Positions 1 to 8,496 of a stretch of DNA of 59,181 nucleotides are shown one piece after another. A model generated the notes under the pieces. It saw only the letters and a list, made by a program, of their open reading frames with translations. It searched no databases and had not been told where the DNA came from. This DNA comes from Candidatus Moraniibacteriota bacterium (GTDB taxonomy: Bacteria; Patescibacteriota; Minisyncoccia; Moranbacterales; GCA-2747515): positions 1 to 59,181 of the forward strand of contig JAGYLL010000001.1 of assembly GCA_018401135.1 (NCBI GenBank), given 5' to 3'. Numbering within the stretch: the stretch's first letter is position 1; each line of letters starts with the position of its first letter. A program made the translations under genes and the position numbers.

Positions 1-287
1 TCTTGCATTTTTCTCCACGATCCCGCCACGGCGGGAGGGATCCAGTCTTATAAGTATGAAATCAATCAAATTCCTCTCCCTCGAGGATTCGAGAACTCCT
101 TTTTGACAAAGAAGAGGGATGTATTTGGAAAAAAATAGGAAAAGAGGAAGAAAAATTCAGAATTCTTCGATTAAGATTTGAAATAGAATTCTAGGTACAA
201 ACATTGACAAATTCCTTTTGCTGTGCTTTAAATGAGTTAGTATCTTGACAACAAACGGGAAAAATCTTTCCAGGAGATCGTGAGACT

Positions 288-1304
288 ATGAACGCTCTAA
301 TATTCTTTTTTATTTTGGTTGGAGTGGGTTTCTCCGCACCTACCAAAGCTAGTGATGATGAAATCCATATTGTTCGCAAAGGCGATACGCTTTCTGAAAT
401 CGCTCAGATAAAGAGCATTTCTGTGAAAATACTTTGTGAGCATAATGAGCTTGAGGATTGTAACAGAATCTTTCCTGGACAGGAAATTCGCATCCCCTTC
501 TTTCTTGGAAAGGAAGAGTCACAACCAGTATCTTTACCACTAACAAGTTCATCTGAAAATGAGGAGGTAATAGTTTTAAAAGAGGAAGGAGAAATTGCTC
601 CTGCAAGCATCTCTTTTTCCGAAGAGGAAGTTCTTTTGGAAGAAGGGGTTTCTGGTTTTACTATAACGACTGATCTCATTTCTGAAGAAGTCTTTTCTGA
701 TAAAAACATCTCTGATGCAGAGGTGTTTAAGAGAAATCAGGAGCTACAGGGGTACAAAGAAGAGGTAACTGCTTTACAAAAACAAGTTTCCGAACAGATG
801 AATTATAAAGAGCGTACGAATTCTATTTTACAGCTTCAAAAAGAGAAGATTTCTTCGTACACCCTTTGGATTTTTCTGAGCGTTTTGGGAAACATCTTCT
901 TTTTTCTTTTTTTGATGAAAGATATCATTAAAAAGAAATTGTGGAGACAAAAGAGCTTTTTTTATTTACCTACCCCAAAAAAAGAGGAGGAAAATACAGA
1001 GGCGTATAACCTTCGATGTGAAATAAATGCATTGAAAAACAAGAACAAGTTTCTTGAAGAACAAATCAAGATTGTATTGCAAAAGAGAATGCTACTTTCT
1101 ATAAGTGGAAAGAGCTATGAAGTTTTGGTTTCTCATTTTGATCTAGATAGGCTTACAAAAAAAGTTATTCCTATAGTAACCTTTCTATCTGAAGGTAAGC
1201 GATTCACATTGAAGATATTCAATGTGAAGAGATTTGAAAAATGGTTGGCGGAGGATACTGGAAGAATATTCCAGATCCTTGATCCTGTTTTGGCTACTCG
1301 TTAG
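288..1304 (+). CDS. LysM-domain envelope protein with signal peptide and one internal TM helix
   Basis: 338-aa ORF; hydrophobic leader MNALIFFFILVGVGFSA; LysM signature HIVRKGDTLSEIAQ...NRIFPGQEIRIP; TM stretch YTLWIFLSVLGNIFFFLFLM. Confidence 0.75.
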   Translation: MNALIFFFILVGVGFSAPTKASDDEIHIVRKGDTLSEIAQIKSISVKILCEHNELEDCNRIFPGQEIRIPFFLGKEESQPVSLPLTSSSENEEVIVLKEEGEIAPASISFSEEEVLLEEGVSGFTITTDLISEEVFSDKNISDAEVFKRNQELQGYKEEVTALQKQVSEQMNYKERTNSILQLQKEKISSYTLWIFLSVLGNIFFFLFLMKDIIKKKLWRQKSFFYLPTPKKEEENTEAYNLRCEINALKNKNKFLEEQIKIVLQKRMLLSISGKSYEVLVSHFDLDRLTKKVIPIVTFLSEGKRFTLKIFNVKRFEKWLAEDTGRIFQILDPVLATR

Positions 1305-1314
1305 ACGTTTGTAA

Positions 1315-1366
1315 GGGTGAGTTTTCTCTTTGAAAAAAGAAGAAAACTCGCCCTTTTGTTTTTTAT
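1315..1366 (+). terminator. Rho-independent terminator after LysM gene
   Basis: 13-bp stem gggtgagttttct / agaaaactcgccc (one G-U) followed by ttttgtttttt. Confidence 0.7.
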
Positions 1367-1395
1367 TTGACAGATATTTGATTTTTGGGTACCAT
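1367..1395 (+). promoter_or_regulatory. sigma70-like promoter for greA
   Basis: TTGACA (1367-1372), 17-nt spacer, TACCAT (1390-1395). Confidence 0.45.
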
Positions 1396-1460
1396 AGTAC
1401 TGATTTATTAAAAAATTTTGGAAATATTTTTAAAGGAAATAAGGCAAATAAAAGAATTAT

Positions 1461-1922
1461 ATGGCAGAAAAGTATATAACACGAGAAGGTTTAGAAAAAA
1501 TTCGAAAAGAGTTTGAAGAGCGAAAAACGATCATTCGAAAAGAGATTGCTGGCGCTATAAAAGAGGCAAAAGAGCAGGGTGATTTGAGTGAAAATGCTGA
1601 GTATTCTTCGGCAAGACAACGTCAATCCGAAAATGAATCTCGAATTGCTGAGCTTGAAGGAATGCTAAAAACGATAAAAGTTACTGATCGAAAAGGGGAT
1701 AGTTCTTGTGTTGGTTTTGGTTCTGTTTTGAAAGTAAAAGCAAAAAATGGAATTTCTATGCAATTTCATATTGTGGGAACACATGAAGTAGATCCTGCTT
1801 TGGGGAGAATATCCAATGAATCTCCTTTGGGAAAATCGTTTATAGGAAAATGTGAAGGAGACTCCATACAGGTATCTACACCATCTGGTGTTATGGAATA
1901 CGAAATCGTTTCTGTTGAATAA
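1461..1922 (+). CDS. greA: transcription elongation factor GreA
   Basis: 153 aa; N-terminal coiled-coil region (REGLEKIRKEFEE...GDLSENAEYSSARQRQ) and C-terminal GreA/B domain. Confidence 0.93.
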   Translation: MAEKYITREGLEKIRKEFEERKTIIRKEIAGAIKEAKEQGDLSENAEYSSARQRQSENESRIAELEGMLKTIKVTDRKGDSSCVGFGSVLKVKAKNGISMQFHIVGTHEVDPALGRISNESPLGKSFIGKCEGDSIQVSTPSGVMEYEIVSVE

Positions 1923-1951
1923 AAAGTATTTCGTAAAGTAATTTTTACAAA

Positions 1952-1995
1952 GAAAAGCGAAGGATTTCGCTTTTCTTGTGTTTTTGTGTTTTTTT
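1952..1995 (+). terminator. Rho-independent terminator after greA
   Basis: 10-bp stem gaaaagcgaa / ttcgcttttc, loop ggat, T-rich tail. Confidence 0.7.
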
Positions 1996-2044
1996 CGTTA
2001 CAGTAAAGAGAAGAGATATTTTGATTTTTTTTGAACATAAACAT

Positions 2045-3496
2045 ATGAGAGAAGATATTATTGAAAAAAGGAAAGAAAAAATAGATATTCTTTCTCAGGC
2101 AAATATGAACCCGTATCCAGAAAAGACACAAAGAGGATATGCATTAGATTTTATCCATAATTCTTTTGATGCTTTGATGGAAAAAGATGAAGAATTTTTT
2201 TTGGTGGGAAGAATTCGTTCGATGAGGGTTATGGGGAAAATAGCATTTTGTCACATTCAAGATCAAAATGAAAAAATTCAAATTTTTCTTAATAAAAAAG
2301 AATTAGGGGAAGTTTTTGATCTCTTTGTAAAAACAGTGGATCTCGGTGATATTGTAGAAATTTCTGGAAAAGCATTTCTTACGAAAAAAGATGAACGAAC
2401 CATTCTTGTCTCGACTTGGAAAATGCTTTCTAAATCGCTGAGACCCATACCTTCGGAGCATTTTGGAATAAAAGATACCGAAGAGCTTCTTCGAAAGCGG
2501 TATCTTGATATGATGATATACAAAGAAACGAGAGATATTTTCGTGAAAAAAAACATATTTTGGCAAACCATACGAACATTTCTTGTAGAACGGGGGTTCT
2601 TGGAAGTACAAACTCCTGTATTGGAAAGCGTTCCAGGAGGAGCTGATGCAGAACCTTTTATTACCCATCATAACGCTATGAGTCGTGATTTTTATATGCG
2701 GATTTCTTTGGAACTTGCCCTGAAGCGTCTTTTGGTAGGTGGTTATGAAAAAGTATTTGAAATTGGTCGTGTGTTTCGAAATGAAGGAATAAGTCGAGAG
2801 CATTTGCAAGAGTTTGATCATATGGAATTTTATTGGGCATATGCAGATTTGGAAAAAGGGATGCTCTTTGCAGAGGAACTTTTCAGAAAAATAGCGCATA
2901 ATGTTTTGGGTGGATACCAACATTCTTTTGAAGGAGAAATAATTGATTGGAAAAAACCCTTTCCACGAATTGATTATTTCGAAGCATTTAAAGCAGAGAT
3001 AGGAATAGATCTCTCGGGTGATGTTTCTGAAAAAGAACTTAAAGACAGAGCTGATGAGCTGGGAATAGCTTATGAAAAATCCTATGGAAAGGGGAGAATG
3101 ATCGATACTTTGTATAAAAAAACAGTGAGAAGGAAACTTATACAACCATGTTTTCTCATTGGACATCCTCTCGAAGTTTCCCCCCTTGCAAAAACTGATC
3201 CAGAAAATCCGAAAAAAGTTCTAAGGATGCAAATAGTAGCAGGACGCTCAGAACTTTGTAATGCTTTTTCAGAACTTAATGATCCTCTTGAGCAGAGAAG
3301 ACGATTTGAGGAACAGATGAAACTTCGTGAACTTGGAGATAAAGAAGCTCAAATGATTGATGAAGATTTCTTGGAAGCCCTCGAGTATGGAATGCCTCCA
3401 GCCTTTGGTTTTGGTATGAGTGAACGAGTCTTTGCTTTTCTTATGAATCGGTCTATTCGAGAAACCGTACCCTTTCCTCTTGTAAGGGAACAATAG
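2045..3496 (+). CDS. lysS: lysyl-tRNA synthetase, class II
   Basis: ORF open from 1976, but the conserved sequence starts at MREDIIEKRKE (ATG 2045); class II core motifs (FRNEG..., GFGMSERV). Confidence 0.93.
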   Translation: MREDIIEKRKEKIDILSQANMNPYPEKTQRGYALDFIHNSFDALMEKDEEFFLVGRIRSMRVMGKIAFCHIQDQNEKIQIFLNKKELGEVFDLFVKTVDLGDIVEISGKAFLTKKDERTILVSTWKMLSKSLRPIPSEHFGIKDTEELLRKRYLDMMIYKETRDIFVKKNIFWQTIRTFLVERGFLEVQTPVLESVPGGADAEPFITHHNAMSRDFYMRISLELALKRLLVGGYEKVFEIGRVFRNEGISREHLQEFDHMEFYWAYADLEKGMLFAEELFRKIAHNVLGGYQHSFEGEIIDWKKPFPRIDYFEAFKAEIGIDLSGDVSEKELKDRADELGIAYEKSYGKGRMIDTLYKKTVRRKLIQPCFLIGHPLEVSPLAKTDPENPKKVLRMQIVAGRSELCNAFSELNDPLEQRRRFEEQMKLRELGDKEAQMIDEDFLEALEYGMPPAFGFGMSERVFAFLMNRSIRETVPFPLVREQ

Positions 3497-3506
3497 AAAA
3501 ATATAT

Positions 3507-4235
3507 ATGTTTTCTGTTATAGAAAAAGAAATATATGCACAGAAAGGTTCTTTGGAAAAAAGAAAAATTCTTTCTCGGTTTTTCAAAACAGGAAAAGGAG
3601 AATATGGAGAGGGAGATCAATTTCTTGGTATAGACGTTCCCCATCAAAGAAGTATCGCCAAAAGGTATTACAAACAATGTTCTCTCGAAGATATACAAAA
3701 ACTTCTTGAAAGTGTATGGCACGAATTTCGACTCACAGGACTTTTCCTTCTTGTTTATCGCTTTGACAGAGCTGATAGAGAAGAAAAGAAAAAAATATTT
3801 CATTTTTATATACAAAATATCTCTTCTATTAATAATTGGGACCTTGTTGATACTACAACCCCGCATATTGTAGGAGAGTATATGATTCTTTTTCCTCATG
3901 AGAAAAAGCGACTGTATCATTGGGCAAAATCAAAAAATGTATGGGAAAGAAGGATCTCTCTTCTTGCGACGTTTGCTTTTATCAAGAGAAATCAGTATGA
4001 AGAGATACTAAAACTTTCAGAATATTTTTTGGGAGATACGCATAATCTTATTCATAAAGCAAGTGGATGGATGCTTCGAGAGGTGGGAAAACGTGATAAA
4101 CAAGCATTGACACATTTTCTCGAAAATTTTTCTCATACAATGCCACGAACGATGCTTCGATATGCTTTGGAAAAATATTCTCCAGAAGAAAAGAAGCTCT
4201 ATATGACAAGGAAAAACATACAAAAGGAAAAATAA
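3507..4235 (+). CDS. DNA alkylation repair protein (AlkD-like HEAT-repeat family)
   Basis: 242 aa; family-typical stretches GDQFLGIDVPHQRSIAKRY, WERRISLLATFAFIKR, ASGWMLREVGKRD. Confidence 0.7.
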   Translation: MFSVIEKEIYAQKGSLEKRKILSRFFKTGKGEYGEGDQFLGIDVPHQRSIAKRYYKQCSLEDIQKLLESVWHEFRLTGLFLLVYRFDRADREEKKKIFHFYIQNISSINNWDLVDTTTPHIVGEYMILFPHEKKRLYHWAKSKNVWERRISLLATFAFIKRNQYEEILKLSEYFLGDTHNLIHKASGWMLREVGKRDKQALTHFLENFSHTMPRTMLRYALEKYSPEEKKLYMTRKNIQKEK

Positions 4236-4333
4236 AAACATAACCAAAGAAAGTTGCTACAAGGGTATTTTTCTAAAGAATGCTTATTTTAAGGTGTAAA
4301 TGAAAATGAAGAGAGGAATGTGTCGGACAGCAG

Positions 4334-4362
4334 TTGACAAAATTAGATAGATATGCTATGTT
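4334..4362 (+). promoter_or_regulatory. sigma70-like promoter
   Basis: TTGACA (4334-4339), 17-nt spacer, TATGTT (4357-4362), 30 nt upstream of ATG 4393. Confidence 0.45.
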
Positions 4363-4392
4363 TGTACGTTATCGAAATTAAATATATTCTTT

Positions 4393-5133
4393 ATGTATTA
4401 TTCTTTGTGGCTTTCACGTATTCGTCAAAATATCGTAAGTACTATTTTCGTAGCACTGTCTTTTGGTGCTATTGCTTTTTTGGGGCTTATATTTATCCCT
4501 GATGCGTATAAAGTGCGAACAGATTTCCTTATTATTCAGCAATCTGCTTCTTCGCAAGATTTCTACACCCTTTCCAAAAGCGCCGAATATTCAGGAAACG
4601 TTCTTAAAGAGGGAATCTTGAGCGATCTCTTTCTTCGAGAAGCCTCTCAAAAAGGATACTTTTCTTCACAGAATTTTTCGGGAAGTGAAAAAGATCGTCT
4701 TAAACAATGGAGGGAAACGGTTGAAGTTCGTCAAAGGACGTCAGCTGGAATCTTGGAAGTTGTTATTTCTGAAGATGATAGTAAACAAGCACTTGGTATA
4801 GCCAAAGCAATTTCTGAAGTTCTTATCGAAAAGAATACTCTTTTTCGATCAGGAAATCCTGATGATCTTTCTATACGACTTATTTCAGGACCGATTGTAG
4901 AACAAAATCCTAGTATTTCTCAATTACTCTTTGGAGTTCTCGGTGGTATGGTCTTGGGATTTTTTCTTTCTCTCTCTTGGATATGGTACAGAGAAGAATG
5001 GGATCATACGGATTATAGAGTTTTTTCTTCTGGAGGAGAAAAGAAAGAAAATTTTCAAGAAGCAAAACTCGTGTATGAAAATAGTTTGGGAGGAAACGCT
5101 CACTGGTTTGGAATGACCAATCGTTTGGAGTAG
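4393..5133 (+). CDS. Wzz-like polysaccharide chain-length determinant (two-TM, large external loop)
   Basis: 246 aa; TM helices at both ends (IVSTIFVALSFGAIAFLGLIFI ; LLFGVLGGMVLGFFLSLSWIW) around a soluble domain; other O-antigen/glycosyltransferase genes lie nearby. Confidence 0.5.
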   Translation: MYYSLWLSRIRQNIVSTIFVALSFGAIAFLGLIFIPDAYKVRTDFLIIQQSASSQDFYTLSKSAEYSGNVLKEGILSDLFLREASQKGYFSSQNFSGSEKDRLKQWRETVEVRQRTSAGILEVVISEDDSKQALGIAKAISEVLIEKNTLFRSGNPDDLSIRLISGPIVEQNPSISQLLFGVLGGMVLGFFLSLSWIWYREEWDHTDYRVFSSGGEKKENFQEAKLVYENSLGGNAHWFGMTNRLE

Positions 5134-5264
5134 TTTGTATTTTTATATACAAAAGTGTTTCCACATACGAGAGAGAATCTCTTCTCTCTCCTAGTGGGAT
5201 CGCTTAGAAAAAAAGAGATCCTCGTTATTTGAAAATTTTCAATCATCAAAAAAAGGAGAACAAG

Positions 5265-5665
5265 ATGTTTAGGTTCATCTTGGCGCTCGTGACACTCGCA
5301 AGTGTCGCGGGATGTGCTCCAATGACTCCTCGTGAGTCGTTGGGCAGGGTGGTGAGTCGATGGAACGACTCGCAAATGCCACCACGTTTATCGCACCTCC
5401 GCCGATTGATTCGGCCAGGGGATATGAAATAACTTTGCCACAGGAAGTGGCAAAAGAAGTTGTGTGTCGGGAATTTTCGACGCTTGACAAAGAGCGTGTG
5501 GAGGATTTGCCGAAAGGCATTTCGCGCACGTGTAGGAGGACAAGAGATTTCCCTCTCATCCGCAAGGAGAAAAAGGGGTATGTTTTTGTTGCTCATCCCA
5601 TTACAAGTGTCGAAATTTTTCTGCCAAAGGTGTCGCATTTACGATTCCAACAACAAAGGAGTTAA
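5265..5665 (+). pseudogene. lipoprotein gene, frame-broken (or carrying a sequencing indel)
   Basis: AAGGAG-type SD, then MFRFILALVTLASVAGC (lipobox VAGC). This frame stops at 5432, while a 100-codon ORF continues in another frame from ~5336 to 5665. Confidence 0.4.
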
Positions 5666-5969
5666 GTCCTGAATTGAGGGGACTGTACGCCACGCTTGGG
5701 GGAGAGTTCCTGTTCATATCTGGTGAAACTTCCCAGAGACGGGGAAAAGACTTTCTGGAGAAGAAACTCTCCAAAGCCGTTCAAATCCCTCACTCTGTCT
5801 CATGGCAGGAGCGGGGGAGCAGTTTCGGATTGTCGATTTCACGTCTGATATTCCGACCGGTGATGTTGGGACCTGTTGGTCTCTTGCCGAAGGCATATCA
5901 AGCGGTATGCACTTTAAGGCAAAAACCCTGAATTTTGGAGCAACTGATGGGATTCGTCCCAAGGAGGTA

Positions 5970-6197
5970 ATGATGCGCACTAACGCGCTGTTTGGCATCA
6001 TCATGGGGCTCGTCCTCGGTGATGGATATTTCCTCCCGCCACCTCGGCAGGGAATGGAATATGTCGTCCAATCGGGCGATACGCTTTCAAGATCGCCAAG
6101 AAGTACCAGGGTGTTTCGTGGAAGGAAATTTGTGACAACAACCGTTTGTCTAACTGTGATCGCATCAAGGTTGGACAAAGTTGTCATCGCACCCTGA
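5970..6197 (+). pseudogene. small TM + LysM protein with the LysM domain split between two frames
   Basis: aaggagg SD, then MMRTNALFGIIMGLVLG...YVVQSGDTL in one frame, FKIAKKYQGVSWKEICDNNRLSNCDRIKVGQ in the next frame, then ..VVIAP* back in the first frame. Confidence 0.55.
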
Positions 6198-6940
6198 TGT
6201 TCGGGGCAGAAGATTGTTCCTAAGCATCAGATTGCTGATCGGGGGTGACTTGTTCGCTTGTTAAAAACCTCTCCACTGTCACGTCTCCGAAAAGGTTCGT
6301 GCGTGGAAGCGCGGGTGCTGACCCTCTCTCTCGGTCTGCATGCGGGAAAGAGTGGCACCGTGCTGATGAGCTCTGGCTCACTGGCACAGTCTGGATCGTC
6401 TTGCTCGCTTCTGGGCTTTGAGTTCGAAATTGAGCAGGTTCGGCAAGACCTCGTTTCGGCAAACGTAACCTGTTGCGCGTCCTGTCGGCTATACCTGGGA
6501 AGGGCATGGCGATGGGTCGGGTAACGGGGTCAAAACCCAGAATGCCACTGGCGACTCTGTTGGTTTGGGCTTGCCCAAGTCATAACGGTAAGCAGGTCGA
6601 CATCGCGATGCGCGGAAACGTAGCGGGAACGAAGTGACCACTCCCACACCTCCTCCGCCCAAAAACCGAAGAAGCTATCGCGTGCGAGGCTGTCGGTTCA
6701 GCATGGACGCAGATGGGAGAGCGTGTGAGAGCGATCACCTGTTTTAGCTGTCTCTTTCCTATTGGAAAAGGTTGGAAAGTCGGCCCGTCGATTGGCGCCA
6801 AAGGTGCTCGCTTCTCCAACGGCAGCTGTGGAAGTGGGAAATTCTTTCTGGCGCTGGTATCGAAGGTCCGGTTCTCTGGAGACTGATGCAGTCGAATCGT
6901 TGTTCCGTAGGACAGGGTTCGACTCCGGTTATTCCAAGGG

Positions 6941-7648
6941 ATGGATGGTCCAGAAAATGAAGGCGACAGGACTAGATCTGAAAATCGCACTTCAGCTCTG
7001 AACGGTTTCAAATTCCGAAAAAACTGGTGTCACGGTGCGGTTTATGCCGTGGGTGGATGTCCGCTCACTGGCAACAATGCCGTTTTTGTGGCAGGGGAAA
7101 TCAGGTCTGGAGAGGAGCGTGGTCGTAAGTTGGTCGTGGGAGCAATCCTTCGACTGGAAGTAGATCGGGTTGACTGGAATGTCAAGCCTGAATTTACTCT
7201 TGGCATTTGGAATATCTCCGATGTCCAAGATCCGGTTGGGGGTAAAATCCTTGCAGGAATCGCGACTAAGGATGATGTCTGGAGAATTGGTGCGGGCGTG
7301 CAGTTCCCTGACCCCCATTTCATCGTTGAGGTGGAGTGGAATGCAGGGTTGGGTTGGCTCCGTGCTAACTCAAGCATTGCCAAAACTGCGCTCGTCAAAG
7401 ACTCGGGATCTTCGGAAACCTATCTGGGCGTGAAAGCGAAAGCTGTTGCTCCCAAGGCCAAGAAGGCTCCCGTAACGCAAACCATCGCACAGAAGGAGAG
7501 TAAGTCTGTTTCGTCCTCGTCCTCGCCATTTGGTTGGGCTGGGGATGCACAGAAAACTTCACTTCGCTCTTCTGGTGGTGAGAAATTGGCATCAGTTTCT
7601 TCTTCGGGAGGGGTTGATAAGGCTTTCGGATTGTTTGCCGGAGGCTAA
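6941..7648 (+). CDS. hypothetical GC-rich ORF (alternating beta-strand-like pattern, Ser/Lys-rich tail); 5' end uncertain
   Basis: 235-aa ORF ending at the GC drop (stop 7646-7648). Protein-like open frames upstream (6484-6960) suggest a longer, interrupted gene. Confidence 0.35.
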   Translation: MDGPENEGDRTRSENRTSALNGFKFRKNWCHGAVYAVGGCPLTGNNAVFVAGEIRSGEERGRKLVVGAILRLEVDRVDWNVKPEFTLGIWNISDVQDPVGGKILAGIATKDDVWRIGAGVQFPDPHFIVEVEWNAGLGWLRANSSIAKTALVKDSGSSETYLGVKAKAVAPKAKKAPVTQTIAQKESKSVSSSSSPFGWAGDAQKTSLRSSGGEKLASVSSSGGVDKAFGLFAGG

Positions 7649-7783
7649 TGGAAAAATCTTTTGATGATTGAAATTGTGTTCTTTGTAAGGATATAGAGAA
7701 AAAAGGGAAAGAAGGTATACCTTTCCGCTTTGAGAAATGAATCTCAAAGAAAATCCGAGAAAAGTCTCGGTAGTGCAATCTTA

Positions 7784-7812
7784 TTGACAGAAATGTCAAA
7801 AGGTGCTATAAT
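7784..7812 (+). promoter_or_regulatory. consensus sigma70 promoter inside the island spacer
   Basis: TTGACA (7784-7789), exactly 17 nt, TATAAT (7807-7812). Confidence 0.6.
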
Positions 7813-7816
7813 GTAT

Positions 7817-7878
7817 GTTTCGGGGTGGATGAGGGCTTTGCTCGAGCAAACCTTTACCTCCCGAAACATCATTTTTTT
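7817..7878 (+). terminator. long hairpin + T7 tract immediately downstream of the promoter (short sRNA or attenuator)
   Basis: gtttcggg (7817-7824) pairs with cccgaaac (7860-7867); inner stem tttgc/gcaaa; followed by ttttttt (7872-7878). Confidence 0.5.
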
Positions 7879-8032
7879 CTTCTTTCTTTGTAGTAATGAA
7901 GAGAGAAATTTGTTTGAGAGATTGTTGGATACATATAGGGATATGTGTTTCCATTGTCTTTCGAAAAGACATAAAAAGGTACAAGGAGTTTTTTGAAAAT
8001 TTTTTTGGGGAAAAACACCCCAGGAGTCGAAG

Positions 8033-8467
8033 ATGAAAACGATCGACCATGATTACAAAGACCTGGAAATCTTGGAGACGCCGACCCACGCAATTTTCAC
8101 GATGGTGATGATGATGCTCAGCACGATCATCATTCTTGTGTTGGCACTCGTCGCTACCCCGGCCTATGCCGGCAAGTACGACGGCACGTCCTGGTCGGCG
8201 TCGTCCCAAAATGTTCAGGTTATTCCTTGGGACCCCGCTCAGTGCGAGCTCTGTCGCGCGGAAAACGGCAGACCGGGAATGACCGAATGTGGTCCGCCGT
8301 CGGCGATGCAGTCTGGCGTCCCTTATGCCTGCTATTGCGGAATTGTAGGAAATAAGAATGTTTTCTGTGAGGCCGGATCCGCTCCCGGAACGACCATGGT
8401 TGGACCGGGTGGGTCTGTTGGGTCGTTCACCGCCCAGTCGGATGATTACTGGACCGTGAAGCAATAA
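8033..8467 (+). CDS. membrane-anchored/secreted Cys-rich protein, GC3-rich codon usage
   Basis: aggag SD; 144 aa; TM/signal segment IFTMVMMMLSTIIILVLALVATPAYA; 6 Cys in the C-terminal domain; codons gac/ctg/acg/ccg/acc/cac are unlike the rest of the window. Confidence 0.6.
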   Translation: MKTIDHDYKDLEILETPTHAIFTMVMMMLSTIIILVLALVATPAYAGKYDGTSWSASSQNVQVIPWDPAQCELCRAENGRPGMTECGPPSAMQSGVPYACYCGIVGNKNVFCEAGSAPGTTMVGPGGSVGSFTAQSDDYWTVKQ

Positions 8468-8496
8468 GTCTTCATTACCAGATCATCGTCCGCGAG

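Noticed and set aside
1-138. Frame open from the window edge to TAG 136-138 (..HDPATAGGIQSYKYEINQIPLPRGFENSF..), with a GC-rich hairpin tcccgc-cacg-gcggga at about 21-36
   Set aside because: It could be the 3' end of an upstream gene or a structured RNA end, but it is too short and unrecognisable to call.
2303-3166. 287-aa minus-strand ORF; similarly 48202-48840, 13475-14125, 15621-16178 and 17845-18579
   Set aside because: They are antisense to lysS, atpD, ligA, the transposase and wecG respectively. Their low-complexity AT-rich translations (F/I/K/N-rich) indicate shadow ORFs.
6363-6370. CUGAUGAG with a nearby GAAA (6346-6349), reminiscent of a hammerhead ribozyme core
   Set aside because: The flanking sequences do not form stems I-III in any permutation I could draw by hand.
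6774-6783. ggaaagtcgg, resembling the RNase P RNA P4 motif (GGAAAGUCC), inside the ORF-poor part of the island
   Set aside because: I found no matching 3' P4 strand (ACAGAA..CCGGCUUA-like) and no other conserved regions in the correct order on either strand.
6912-6925. gggttcgactccgg, resembling a tRNA T-arm
   Set aside because: The flanking bases do not pair as a T-stem, and no acceptor or anticodon arms can be built.
6600-6990. In-frame TGA codons linking protein-like segments (e.g. ..NVAGTK-TGA-PLPHLL.., ..KIALQL-TGA-..), suggesting UGA recoding (code 4/25)
   Set aside because: Conserved genes in the window terminate at TGA (folA 20775-20777, rpmC 33370-33372) and are full length under the standard code. 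In GC-rich DNA, open frames around a single TGA are expected by chance.
5246-7398. Stack of minus-strand ORFs in island block 1 (5246-5638, 5275-5565, 5714-6187, 6220-6507, 6580-7011, 6992-7318, 7042-7398)
   Set aside because: They overlap each other, are Arg/Ser/Pro-rich and lack start contexts. High GC suppresses stop codons in all frames, and the only recognisable protein motifs (lipobox, LysM) are on the + strand.
7811-7996. 61-aa ORF (MYVSGWMRALLEQ...CFHC...) in the island spacer
   Set aside because: Its ATG overlaps the -10 box, so it would lie upstream of the predicted transcription start. There is no SD, and it spans the terminator hairpin.
7796-8464. 222-aa minus-strand ORF covering the whole 8033-8467 gene
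   Set aside because: Arg/His-rich nonsense-like sequence with no SD. It runs on into the AT-rich leader. This is typical shadow-ORF behaviour opposite a GC3-rich gene, and the + strand ORF has the SD, TM segment and terminator.
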